DNA of 43,894 nucleotides from a virus. Taxonomy: Duplodnaviria; Caudoviricetes. Under the pieces are notes generated by a model. That model did not search any database, was not told the origin of the DNA, and saw nothing but the letters and a program-made list of their open reading frames with translations. Position numbers and translations under genes: made by a program. The stretch spans positions 1 to 43,894 of IMG/VR virus record IMGVR_UViG_3300030330_000362; one strand, written 5' to 3'. Positions 18,825 to 26,611 of the stretch are shown piece after piece. Positions within the stretch are counted from its first letter, which is position 1; every line of letters begins with the position of its first letter.

Positions 18825-21795
18825 GTCGTTTTGGATTATAGTTGCCATCCCAGCTAGCTGAGAGTAGGGCAGTGGAAAAGGGGTCTGGTATTTGTATTTG
18901 TAACCTATATTTATCTGTCTTTTTATATAATGGCACTCTTACTTGTTTTGTTAACTCCGAGGGTGGTGTGTTGAAACTTGTAGCGTTAGCTATCATTCCC
19001 GACTCAAACTGTACGAAGTCAGCCATGTCATTAAATGTAGATGATATATGAAACTCCATAGGGCCACTTACACCTAGCTCAAAGTTTATACCAGATATTC
19101 TTAGCTCACCATCCATGTCATAGACGTTAGCACTAGGAGTAAAGTAGTATGTAGGTAGCTCAATAAGTGTTGTGTATTTATACCCAACTGCAACCTTAGC
19201 ACCCGCAGCAAGATGTAAATTATTAAATGTAGCACTGTTGGTTCCTACAGCATCAGCTTTACGTACCATACCAGCTATAGAGTTACCTGACCCATCATTA
19301 CCAGACAAACCAACTAAGAAGAAGTTGTCAGCACTTGTAGGTGTGTAACCTATAGTAACTACAGTTTTCTCTGTAAGATTAGATCCACCTTGAGCAGTAT
19401 AGGTAAAACTACTTGGTATAGCCATACTATCTAAGCATGGTTCAAACCACCTTGCAGTCTTGGTTGCCTTTCCTACATCAGATGCCGCACCACCTAGTAC
19501 ATAAGTTCTATTGGCGTTAGCATCAGCAACATACTCATGTCTAGACAATATATAGTCAGATCCTTGTTTTGTTACTGTAAAGAAACTACCAGCTGTGTAC
19601 AACATGTGTTGCATTGTACCCGTCAGAGTCCAGCTATACCACGCTGATTGCTCACGTTTTTGTCCTGCATTGTAGTACTTATAATGATAAACTTGGTCAT
19701 CACCCTTTTTACCATAGGAAGTTATACCTATAGCAGCTGAGTTAGTTGATTTGGTTATATCTTTAGGTAAGAACTCTGGTACTACCCTTGTCTGTTCTAT
19801 TATACTAGGAGGTACATCATCATCTACCACAGTAGCCTCGAACGCCCTAGCATATGCTGAGACATTAGAAGTAAACAATACACTGGTTCCTAGATCTACA
19901 GGATCAATAGAGGCATCACATTCATAACTAGCTATCTTCTTTAATCTAGCTGTTTTAGGGCTAAATATGTCAGATTCTGTAAATAATATAAACTGAGCAT
20001 TATCACTAAACAACATAAGACCCTTTTGTATGGGTAATGTGTGGTTTACAAACGCTGGTTTGATGTCAGATACAGTAATATCTATAGGATTATCGTCACT
20101 AGCAGCTATAGCAGACACAATAAAGAAGTTAAAGTACCCCCCTGGCTGGCTTAAAACTACCTGTTCGTTAGATATAATCCCAAATCTGTTTCTGTGAAAG
20201 AACAATTCTTGTATAGTTTGACCCTTAAAACTAGGAAATGGGTTAGATACATCGTCTCCTACCTGTCTATCTTTCCAATAGTTTTCATTACCCTGTGAGT
20301 TTGCTGTTGATAAGTCTAGCTTAACAAAAGTAAACGTACCATTACGGTTGTTTATAAGTGCATGTGGCATGGTTGCGGGGTCTAAACCCTTTACCATTGG
20401 GTCGTTTCCAGAACCATCAAAGTTATGTGGTCTTACAGTTTCTTCCCAGCTACCTACACCAGAACTACCATTATCTGCAAAAAATTTTACGTAATAATCA
20501 TCAGTATCTAAGTCAGCAGTATTTGAAATTTGAGCCACATAGCCCTGTTTACACATAGCTGGTAGCCTACTAATATCCTGTGCTTTTTGACCTATGACAC
20601 TCATGTTTTCGTTTACGGCACCTCCAAGAAAGTTCACACCATCAGCACCTGTACCATTTAGAAATAAACCACTACCAATAACCTCAGCAGAGACGTTAGG
20701 AAGTGAGCTATTTACAGAAGATGCTAAACCTTTAAGAATAGTAGCCATACTGAGATAACCCTCAGATGGATTACGTGGAGTTTTATGGTATGCTATATTA
20801 GATACCCCATCATATGTGGTAACTTCCTCAACAGCTTCAACGGATATACGATATGTTTGCCCTTCTAGAGACACATCAATAAATAAACCTTGAGCTGTGT
20901 TAGTATTGCTGGTTCTAATTATACCACCGTTTTTTAAGGTAACTGTTGCAGTATATCTAGTATCATAATCCTGAACATAACCTAGAAATTTACTTTCATC
21001 ATTTGTTTGGTTGTTTTGGTATGTAGCTGTATTATTAGCAATATAACTTTGAGCGTTAACCTGTAAGCTACCTTCAATACCCTCAGTGATATTAGTACCA
21101 CCAACCTGAGCTCCAGTTGTAGTTACGTTTTGACCGCCTGTAAAAGACCATGTAATACTACCAGCAAATCTTCCGTCTTCATTGGTATCATCAAATGTAG
21201 CACCGTTAAGACTGCCACTTTGTACGACGTCAACTTTGATTGAGGTTACACGATAGTATGTATTTGGTGTTGGGGCAGTTCCTGTATATAACACATATTC
21301 TGTATTGTATGCAATAGTGTCTAACCTTGCAAATGAATAATCTCCATTTAGTATTGGCCCATCAGTTGTACCTGTAGTTCCTACGGTCTTGTTAGGGTTA
21401 GCTATCAAGGTGTAGTCTTGGATTGTTTGTACAGAATACGGAGATGTTGCTCCTGATAAATAACTAAATATAGAATCTCCAGAAGAATTTGTCAGAGATT
21501 TTTCAGTTCCATCTGCTATGTCCCATACTCTTATAGGCATAGATCCTGTTAGGGACGGTGTGATCTGTACAATATATTTCTCGTCACCATCTCTCAATAT
21601 GTCATACCAATGACCTGTGGTATTGGCGTTTGTTAGTTTACCTATAAACTCTGCAGGAGGACGTTTCTTTAGGCCAAAAGTTATGTCAGGCACAGCATTG
21701 TCACATACTCGTAACTGCCCAGGAAATTTTATTTTATCTGGCTGTTGTGAAACTCCTCCGAGAAAGTTAGGAATACGTTGGTTAATACTTGCCAT
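18811..21795 (-). CDS. Tail tubular protein B (gp12)
   Basis: QRIPNFLGGVSQQPD...GLKKRP; FFHRNRFG; EQSAWYSW. Confidence 0.95.
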   Translation of the reverse strand: MASINQRIPNFLGGVSQQPDKIKFPGQLRVCDNAVPDITFGLKKRPPAEFIGKLTNANTTGHWYDILRDGDEKYIVQITPSLTGSMPIRVWDIADGTEKSLTNSSGDSIFSYLSGATSPYSVQTIQDYTLIANPNKTVGTTGTTDGPILNGDYSFARLDTIAYNTEYVLYTGTAPTPNTYYRVTSIKVDVVQSGSLNGATFDDTNEDGRFAGSITWSFTGGQNVTTTGAQVGGTNITEGIEGSLQVNAQSYIANNTATYQNNQTNDESKFLGYVQDYDTRYTATVTLKNGGIIRTSNTNTAQGLFIDVSLEGQTYRISVEAVEEVTTYDGVSNIAYHKTPRNPSEGYLSMATILKGLASSVNSSLPNVSAEVIGSGLFLNGTGADGVNFLGGAVNENMSVIGQKAQDISRLPAMCKQGYVAQISNTADLDTDDYYVKFFADNGSSGVGSWEETVRPHNFDGSGNDPMVKGLDPATMPHALINNRNGTFTFVKLDLSTANSQGNENYWKDRQVGDDVSNPFPSFKGQTIQELFFHRNRFGIISNEQVVLSQPGGYFNFFIVSAIAASDDNPIDITVSDIKPAFVNHTLPIQKGLMLFSDNAQFILFTESDIFSPKTARLKKIASYECDASIDPVDLGTSVLFTSNVSAYARAFEATVVDDDVPPSIIEQTRVVPEFLPKDITKSTNSAAIGITSYGKKGDDQVYHYKYYNAGQKREQSAWYSWTLTGTMQHMLYTAGSFFTVTKQGSDYILSRHEYVADANANRTYVLGGAASDVGKATKTARWFEPCLDSMAIPSSFTYTAQGGSNLTEKTVVTIGYTPTSADNFFLVGLSGNDGSGNSIAGMVRKADAVGTNSATFNNLHLAAGAKVAVGYKYTTLIELPTYYFTPSANVYDMDGELRISGINFELGVSGPMEFHISSTFNDMADFVQFESGMIANATSFNTPPSELTKQVRVPLYKKTDKYRLQIQIPDPFSTALLSASWDGNYNPKRHVRR

Positions 21796-22439
21796 TACAT
21801 TCTTCTAATAACTTGCGATGGACGATAGGTGCTGTTGGGGTTGTGCTGATACTTAGTATCTGTGAAGATATTGTAATCAGCTTGTGAAGTGTCATACTCC
21901 AACGCTGCTGCCCTTGCAAGAGCCTCGTCTGACTCAAGTAACTTAGCAGCCTGTGGGTTGTTTACCATGCGGTTAGAGGCGATCCTCGACGCTCTGGTAG
22001 TAATGTAGTCCTTAAATGCCTGTGGTAGATCTTCAAAATCTAGCATCCAGATTACATCAAAATATAATTTACCACCTGTGACATTTTTAAATTGAAATGA
22101 ATGTCCTATCTTATCATAGACTTTCATTATACCGTTGTCACTTCTTCTAACAACATCGAAATCATTACCATGCCTAAAATGGTTTAGGTCTAGTTGAAGG
22201 ATGTTGTTTGGGATAACACAGTGGTTGTTACTATCTAATTCAATAGGATAGTCATTTTCTGTATTATACACCCAGCCCTGTGTTTGTATCTCACGGCAGA
22301 CTTGTCGAAGAGTTGCCTGAGCAATAGCCACATCTGGGCTCTGCACTGTGAGGGTGTTGACGGGTGACTCTCCAACACTCATAAGAATTGCGTTTACTGC
22401 ATCCAGTTCGGTGGACACACCATATGTTATTGCTGCCAT
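21795..22439 (-). CDS. Tail tubular protein A (gp11)
   Basis: TELDAVNAILMSVGESPV...QTQGWVYNTE...FEDLPQAFKDYI. Confidence 0.95.
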   Translation of the reverse strand: MAAITYGVSTELDAVNAILMSVGESPVNTLTVQSPDVAIAQATLRQVCREIQTQGWVYNTENDYPIELDSNNHCVIPNNILQLDLNHFRHGNDFDVVRRSDNGIMKVYDKIGHSFQFKNVTGGKLYFDVIWMLDFEDLPQAFKDYITTRASRIASNRMVNNPQAAKLLESDEALARAAALEYDTSQADYNIFTDTKYQHNPNSTYRPSQVIRRM

Positions 22440-22441
22440 AA

Positions 22442-22464
22442 GAAAAGGGGGGCGTGTGCCCCCG
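22442..22464 (-). terminator. Intrinsic terminator after the capsid gene (T-phi equivalent)
   Basis: Minus strand GGGGGC-ACAC-GCCCCC followed by CTTTTCT, just after the capsid stop. Confidence 0.85.
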
Positions 22465-22475
22465 TATAAAATGTA

Positions 22476-23645
22476 TTAGTTGAAAGCTGCAGGCTTTGTA
22501 GTTGTTCCTGCGAACAATTCTACTGAGGCAGCAGGATTTAAGAAATCTGCTCCCATAGCCATACGTCCCAATATCACGTCACCTTGGTAGACAACAGACA
22601 CATCTCCACTTGTTACTTGAACCTGTGGGCCGATTGTCTCGACTACACCAGCGGCCTCACGTTGGAAGATTAATCCACATGAGTTTGCAAAGTTACTTGC
22701 AGCACCGTAGTTCTGACGTGCACCGTAGTTGTTACCTGTTGCGGTGTTTGCTGTTTCAATACCCTCTGAAACCCATGAACCAGTATTTCCTGGATCTACT
22801 GTAGCAAGGTCAGTACCAGCAGAAGCACCTGAAGCGGGAGCATACTTAGTACCATACTTACTAAAGAATGGAATATTCATAGACTTGAAGATCTGAATAC
22901 CAGCTATCTCGATGATGCCGTTACCAGACTGCAATGCGTCGCCTCTTTCGTTACGATTGATTAGACCATTTGATTCAATGTTCTGTATCAAAGCGTAGTA
23001 TTGGCGAGGTGTCAATACAGCCACTCTACCATCCTCACTGACTCCTTTTTCGTCAAGAGCTGCAGCTGCGTCGTAGAACGCATTGATTAGGTGAGTTGAG
23101 TTGTAAGCGTCGTCTGCGTCAGATCCGCCACCAACTTGAATTTGAGTACCACCTGGCTCTACAAAGTTAGTCATACTAACTGGAGAAGCCTGTCTAGCAC
23201 CTTTAGCGATAGCTCTAAAAATTAGTCTATCATACTTTTGAGCAAGAGCATATCCAATCTTTCTGGAAATCTCTCCCCTCAATTCGTAATGTGAGAGTGT
23301 TTCATCTAGCTCATATACGAACGCACTAGAAATAAGGAGATCATCGACTGTGATTGTTTTCTCAGCTACTGGAGGTGCCTTCTGGTCATTACCTAGGATG
23401 GAATTTCCTGGAGTATGATACTCGGCTGTTGTGCGTCCAGTATAGATGAACTGTAAACTCTTACCGTTTGTGAGTGTTCTTTTTTGAACTAAATCTCTAG
23501 CTATTGTTTCTCTTTGGAAGCCAGTAAACATTTCTCCACTGAACAATTTTAGGTATAAATCCCTATTGTTAGTAGCGTTACCAGCACCGTTAATGCGACC
23601 CAGATTTAATTGTGAAGCTGGATCATTTGTTGACTGTTGTGCCAT
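22476..23645 (-). CDS. Major capsid protein (gp10)
   Basis: LYLKLFSGEMF...RTLTNGKSLQFIYTGR...EKTITVDDLLIS. Confidence 0.97.
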   Translation of the reverse strand: MAQQSTNDPASQLNLGRINGAGNATNNRDLYLKLFSGEMFTGFQRETIARDLVQKRTLTNGKSLQFIYTGRTTAEYHTPGNSILGNDQKAPPVAEKTITVDDLLISSAFVYELDETLSHYELRGEISRKIGYALAQKYDRLIFRAIAKGARQASPVSMTNFVEPGGTQIQVGGGSDADDAYNSTHLINAFYDAAAALDEKGVSEDGRVAVLTPRQYYALIQNIESNGLINRNERGDALQSGNGIIEIAGIQIFKSMNIPFFSKYGTKYAPASGASAGTDLATVDPGNTGSWVSEGIETANTATGNNYGARQNYGAASNFANSCGLIFQREAAGVVETIGPQVQVTSGDVSVVYQGDVILGRMAMGADFLNPAASVELFAGTTTKPAAFN

Positions 23646-23725
23646 TTTTCTAAAAAAATTTTAGGTATAAATTATCGTCTTATCACGTGAAAAGTTGCAA
23701 GTCTTATGCGACTCACTATGTTTTT

Positions 23726-23781
23726 GTGGTCTATCCCACCGTCTAGACGGCTTATGGGTATCCCCGTAGGGGCCAGAAGCC
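23726..23781 (-). promoter_or_regulatory. Structured 5' leader of the capsid gene
   Basis: GGCUU-c-UGG/CCA-u-AAGCC stem enclosing a CCCC-UACG-GGG hairpin, then CCGUCUAGACGG and GUGG-gauaga-CCAC. Confidence 0.55.
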
Positions 23782-23784
23782 AAT

Positions 23785-23834
23785 AGAGTAGGGAGGGATT
23801 GCACCTCCCAAGTCAACTATTTTTTGACTACTCT
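23785..23834 (-). ncRNA. tRNA-like element lacking a D-arm
   Basis: AGAGUAG/CUACUCU 7-bp stem, UCAA/UUGA arm with 7-nt loop, GGAGG-UGCAAUC-CCUCC T-arm. Confidence 0.5.
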
Positions 23835-23873
23835 TGTGTACTCAATGCCACGATATACGTAAGTTACAGTCAT
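23817..23873 (-). CDS. DUF4278-like YRG peptide (18 aa)
   Basis: MTVTYVYRGIEYTRVVKK; GGAG RBS; directly downstream of the riboswitch. Confidence 0.8.
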   Translation of the reverse strand: MTVTYVYRGIEYTRVVKK

Positions 23874-23885
23874 TGTAATCTCCAT

Positions 23886-23945
23886 ATACCCTAACCCCCG
23901 TTCCATGATTAGGTTGCATGCGTCCCATTAGGGATGAACGGACGT
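23886..23945 (-). promoter_or_regulatory. Glutamine-II (Downstream-peptide) riboswitch
   Basis: CCGUUCA-UCCC-uaau-GGGA-CGCA...CCUAAUC-AUGGAACGG-GGGUUAGG; CCGUUC/GAACGG pairing; followed by the YRG peptide typical of this family. Confidence 0.85.
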
Positions 23946-23948
23946 GGC

Positions 23949-24446
23949 TTAGTGAGGATCCATAACACCCTTGGGAAGATAACCGAGTTCACGTAATGAT
24001 CTAACTGAGGGATCACTTGTAACATTAGTGGGAAGTCGTCCAAGAGCGACATTATCAAAATTAAGTGTGTGTCTGTCAAATGTAGCCAATTCATATTCTT
24101 CAGTCATTGATAAACAATTTGTAGGGCAGTATTCAACGCAGTTACCACAAAAGATACAGGCTCCAAAATCTATAGAATAGTTACGAAGTTCTTTCTTTTT
24201 GGTTTCTTTGTTCATCACCCAGTCTACCACTGGAAGATTGATAGGGCATACTCTTACACAAACTTCACAGGCTATACACTTGTCAAATTCATAGTGTATT
24301 CGACCTCGATATTGTGTGGATGGTATTAGTTTTTCATAAGGGTACTGAACAGTGATTGGTTTTCTACCCATATGACTTAAAGTTACTGATAAACCCTGTA
24401 ACAAATGTTTGGCTGAGTCAATAGTATCTTTAATAAATTTATTCAC
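23949..24446 (-). CDS. ndhI: NDH-1 (photosynthetic complex I) subunit I, 2x[4Fe-4S]
   Basis: [11 protein letters not shown]...[23 protein letters not shown]...[22 protein letters not shown]; cyanobacterial type; GTG start. Confidence 0.97.
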   Translation of the reverse strand: MNKFIKDTIDSAKHLLQGLSVTLSHMGRKPITVQYPYEKLIPSTQYRGRIHYEFDKCIACEVCVRVCPINLPVVDWVMNKETKKKELRNYSIDFGACIFCGNCVEYCPTNCLSMTEEYELATFDRHTLNFDNVALGRLPTNVTSDPSVRSLRELGYLPKGVMDPH

Positions 24447-24456
24447 TTAAAATAAA

Positions 24457-24582
24457 TTATAAAATTCCTGGGATTATCTGACCTGTAGCTGCATATGCAC
24501 CAACAGCTGCAACGAAACCTAACATTGCAAGGCGACCATTTAATAGTTCAGCCGTGTCCCATCTTGAGTGCTTGTGAGTCAT
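24457..24582 (-). CDS. hli: High-light inducible protein (41 aa; not in ORF track)
   Basis: MTHKHSRWDTAELLNGRLAMLGFVAAVGAYAATGQIIPGIL, with AExxNGRxAMxG and TGQIIPG motifs. Confidence 0.95.
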   Translation of the reverse strand: MTHKHSRWDTAELLNGRLAMLGFVAAVGAYAATGQIIPGIL

Positions 24583-24815
24583 CTCTTTCTTCGTTTGTGG
24601 TTGTAGTTAATTCGTTTTGAACTTGTTTTGGATTTACGAAATCTAGCACGTTCTTTACTAGACATCTCCGAGGAGGTCTTAGGGGTTTTAGACGAGACTC
24701 GCCTTGATGGTCTACAGGCAGGGTAGCCTTTACGGGTTTCGCCTTTCTGTCTTCCACATGGCTTACCAGTCTTAACGTCTACCCACTTCTCCTTAAACCA
24801 TCTTTTAAGACTCAT
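24579..24815 (-). CDS. Basic protein (LKRWFKEKW...CGR...YPACRP)
   Basis: ATGA overlaps at both ends; K/R-rich. Confidence 0.8.
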   Translation of the reverse strand: MSLKRWFKEKWVDVKTGKPCGRQKGETRKGYPACRPSRRVSSKTPKTSSEMSSKERARFRKSKTSSKRINYNHKRRKR

Positions 24816-24964
24816 TTTCCTACTTTCTTCATAGCTGCCTTATGTGCAGCTGTAAAAGTAGATCCACTTCTCATCATCTTCTTCATCATAGCCATGTGTT
24901 TAGCAGTGTGATGTTTCTGATGTTTTTTTAGAGTGGCTTCCTGTCTGGGTGTTAATTTAGCCAT
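24812..24964 (-). CDS. Basic His/Met-rich peptide (50 aa; not in track)
   Basis: MAKLTPRQEATLKKHQKHHTAKHMAMMKKMMRSGSTFTAAHKAAMKKVGK; TAATG and ATGA coupling. Confidence 0.75.
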   Translation of the reverse strand: MAKLTPRQEATLKKHQKHHTAKHMAMMKKMMRSGSTFTAAHKAAMKKVGK

Positions 24965-25131
24965 TACCTTTTTTTCTTTTTAGAGTAACCTTTGGCAGTT
25001 CTACGTTTACCGTCACTACCTTTGATCTTACCTTTACATACCTGTACGGCATAGCCGTTAGCGTATGCAGATGGGTAGACCTTAAACTTACGTTTAGCTG
25101 CGGCCTTACCTCTAGCACATAGTTTACCCAT
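24964..25131 (-). CDS. Basic peptide with YPSAYA motif (55 aa; not in track)
   Basis: MGKLCARGKAAAKRKFKVYPSAYANGYAVQVCKGKIKG...; TAATG coupling on both sides. Confidence 0.78.
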   Translation of the reverse strand: MGKLCARGKAAAKRKFKVYPSAYANGYAVQVCKGKIKGSDGKRRTAKGYSKKKKR

Positions 25132-25342
25132 TATTTACCTCCGTGTTTGCAGCCGCATTTGCTGTTTCCTTTTTTCTTTTTCTTTTTGTAGGCCATTTTT
25201 CTGGTTTCCATACTTCTACATCACATCCACATTCAGGACATGATAGAAAGGTTATCATACTATACTCATTGTGTAAGGGAGCATCTGAGTCACTTCCCCA
25301 GATAAGTTCTGTTTGACAATGCCAGCAGTTCAACACTTCCAC
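25124..25342 (-). CDS. Small zinc-ribbon protein
   Basis: CWHC...ELIWGSD...LSCPECG. Confidence 0.7.
   Translation of the reverse strand: MEVLNCWHCQTELIWGSDSDAPLHNEYSMITFLSCPECGCDVEVWKPEKWPTKRKRKKETANAAANTEVNNG
25131..25196 (-). CDS. Lys-rich micropeptide (21 aa; not in track)
   Basis: MAYKKKKKKGNSKCGCKHGGK; its stop overlaps the next ATG (TAATG). Confidence 0.55.
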   Translation of the reverse strand: MAYKKKKKKGNSKCGCKHGGK

Positions 25343-25578
25343 CTACGTAATGCCAATGCTTTACGGGTTGGCTTACCGTTTGGTTTTTTCATAGGGCCTT
25401 TTACACCCTTCATTCTAGCACAGAAAGAACGCTTCCTAGCACCTCCCCCTGGCTGTGGAGCCTTTAGGTTAGAGCCAGTGGCACGGTTGTACTTGGCTCT
25501 ACCTTTGGCTGTTAGGCCGCCTTTACGCGACTTTTCCCCTCTTCCGAGAGATAGGCTTACGCCCTTTCTTTTTGCCAC
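25330..25578 (-). CDS. Basic protein (GGLTAKGR...RKRSFCARM...LRRWKC)
   Basis: K/R-rich 82 aa with a motif familiar from marine phages. Confidence 0.8.
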   Translation of the reverse strand: MAKRKGVSLSLGRGEKSRKGGLTAKGRAKYNRATGSNLKAPQPGGGARKRSFCARMKGVKGPMKKPNGKPTRKALALRRWKC

Positions 25579-25684
25579 CTTTCTTAGTCCGTAATGCGAT
25601 CAGGTCAGCCCGATCTATTTTCTTTTTGTTACCAGCTAACGCAGCTAACTTTTTTTGCTTTGGTGAATAGCTAGAGTATGGCAT
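25523..25684 (-). CDS. Basic peptide (53 aa; not in track)
   Basis: MPYSSYSPKQKKLAALAGNKKKIDRADLIALRTKKGG...; TAATG-coupled to the upstream ORF. Confidence 0.65.
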   Translation of the reverse strand: MPYSSYSPKQKKLAALAGNKKKIDRADLIALRTKKGGKKKGRKPISRKRGKVA

Positions 25685-25749
25685 TAATACTTCTTACCCC
25701 CCTTACCTTTTTTTCCACCTTTCATCATTTTTTTCTTTGGCATTTTCAT
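25684..25749 (-). CDS. Lys/Gly-rich micropeptide (21 aa; not in track)
   Basis: MKMPKKKMMKGGKKGKGGKKY; AGGAG RBS 8 nt upstream. Confidence 0.65.
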   Translation of the reverse strand: MKMPKKKMMKGGKKGKGGKKY

Positions 25750-25760
25750 TGGATCAACTC

Positions 25761-26609
25761 CTATACGTTTAGATTTGAAGCGGCTAGTTTTCTGAGAACA
25801 TCATCTCTGTATGCCTCGTCTGTGCGGTATTCAGGTTTAGCCATGTCCCTAGTTACCTCAGCCATACTCCTGTATCGTTCAGGAGCAGACTCTTTTCCTG
25901 TAATTAGTTTTGAATCTCTACCGTTAGCTTCTTCGTATTGTCCCATAAGTGCTTTAACTGCAAATGATATAGCTGATTTGTTTCCTGTTGCCAAGACATC
26001 ATCATAGTTTTTAGCATCCTGTTCAGATAAATTATTACCCGCCCAAGACATCAGATTATCGTACCCCTTTTCACCGCCAGCAATATTTTTTAATTCATTA
26101 ACTTCGGCATCAGATAAAGTAGATTGTTGAGGTGTTTGACCTAGCTGTGATTTTAGACCACTGAGGTATGAGTCTACTAAATCTCTATTTAAACCAGCTG
26201 ATTCTAATTGATCGTACATATCATCAGACAATGTACCATTATTTTCAGCAAAATATTTATTCATTTCCCAAGGATCTATCTCATTAGATTTAAAAAGATT
26301 TCCTATTTGATCGCCATACAATTCGTTGACGGTTTCATAATTAACTTGGTCATCATTGGTGTACATCCTCTCTTCATAGTTTGGTGTATCATCAACTTGA
26401 GGTTCGGGTTCAGATTGAGAACCTTGTTTCTTTTGTAATTCTAAGTATGCTTTTTCTAAATCTTCTGGAGTTTTATATTTACCAGCTAATAAGTTTTCTT
26501 GTTTTTCAACAAGTTCCTCACCAACTTTTAAAGATTCTGCATCTCTGGCCTCTGCAGCTGCAATAGCCTCTGGGTCATTTGATGGATCATAGGTGAATGT
26601 TTCTGCCAT
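25761..26609 (-). CDS. Capsid scaffolding protein (gp9)
   Basis: Acidic; LLAGKYKTPEDLEKAYLELQKK; AGGEKGY..LMSWA; MAKPEYRTDEAYR. Confidence 0.93.
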   Translation of the reverse strand: MAETFTYDPSNDPEAIAAAEARDAESLKVGEELVEKQENLLAGKYKTPEDLEKAYLELQKKQGSQSEPEPQVDDTPNYEERMYTNDDQVNYETVNELYGDQIGNLFKSNEIDPWEMNKYFAENNGTLSDDMYDQLESAGLNRDLVDSYLSGLKSQLGQTPQQSTLSDAEVNELKNIAGGEKGYDNLMSWAGNNLSEQDAKNYDDVLATGNKSAISFAVKALMGQYEEANGRDSKLITGKESAPERYRSMAEVTRDMAKPEYRTDEAYRDDVLRKLAASNLNV

Positions 26610-26611
26610 AA

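Noticed and set aside
23704-23720. TTATGCGACTCACTATG resembles the coliphage T7 promoter (14 of 17 positions)
   Set aside because: It is antisense to all genes, lacks the GGG start and is single-copy. A match of this quality is plausible by chance in a genome of this size.
23785-23834. Canonical tRNA gene
   Set aside because: Only 50 nt, no D-arm, no TTC in the T-loop and no CCA. Kept only as a tRNA-like element.
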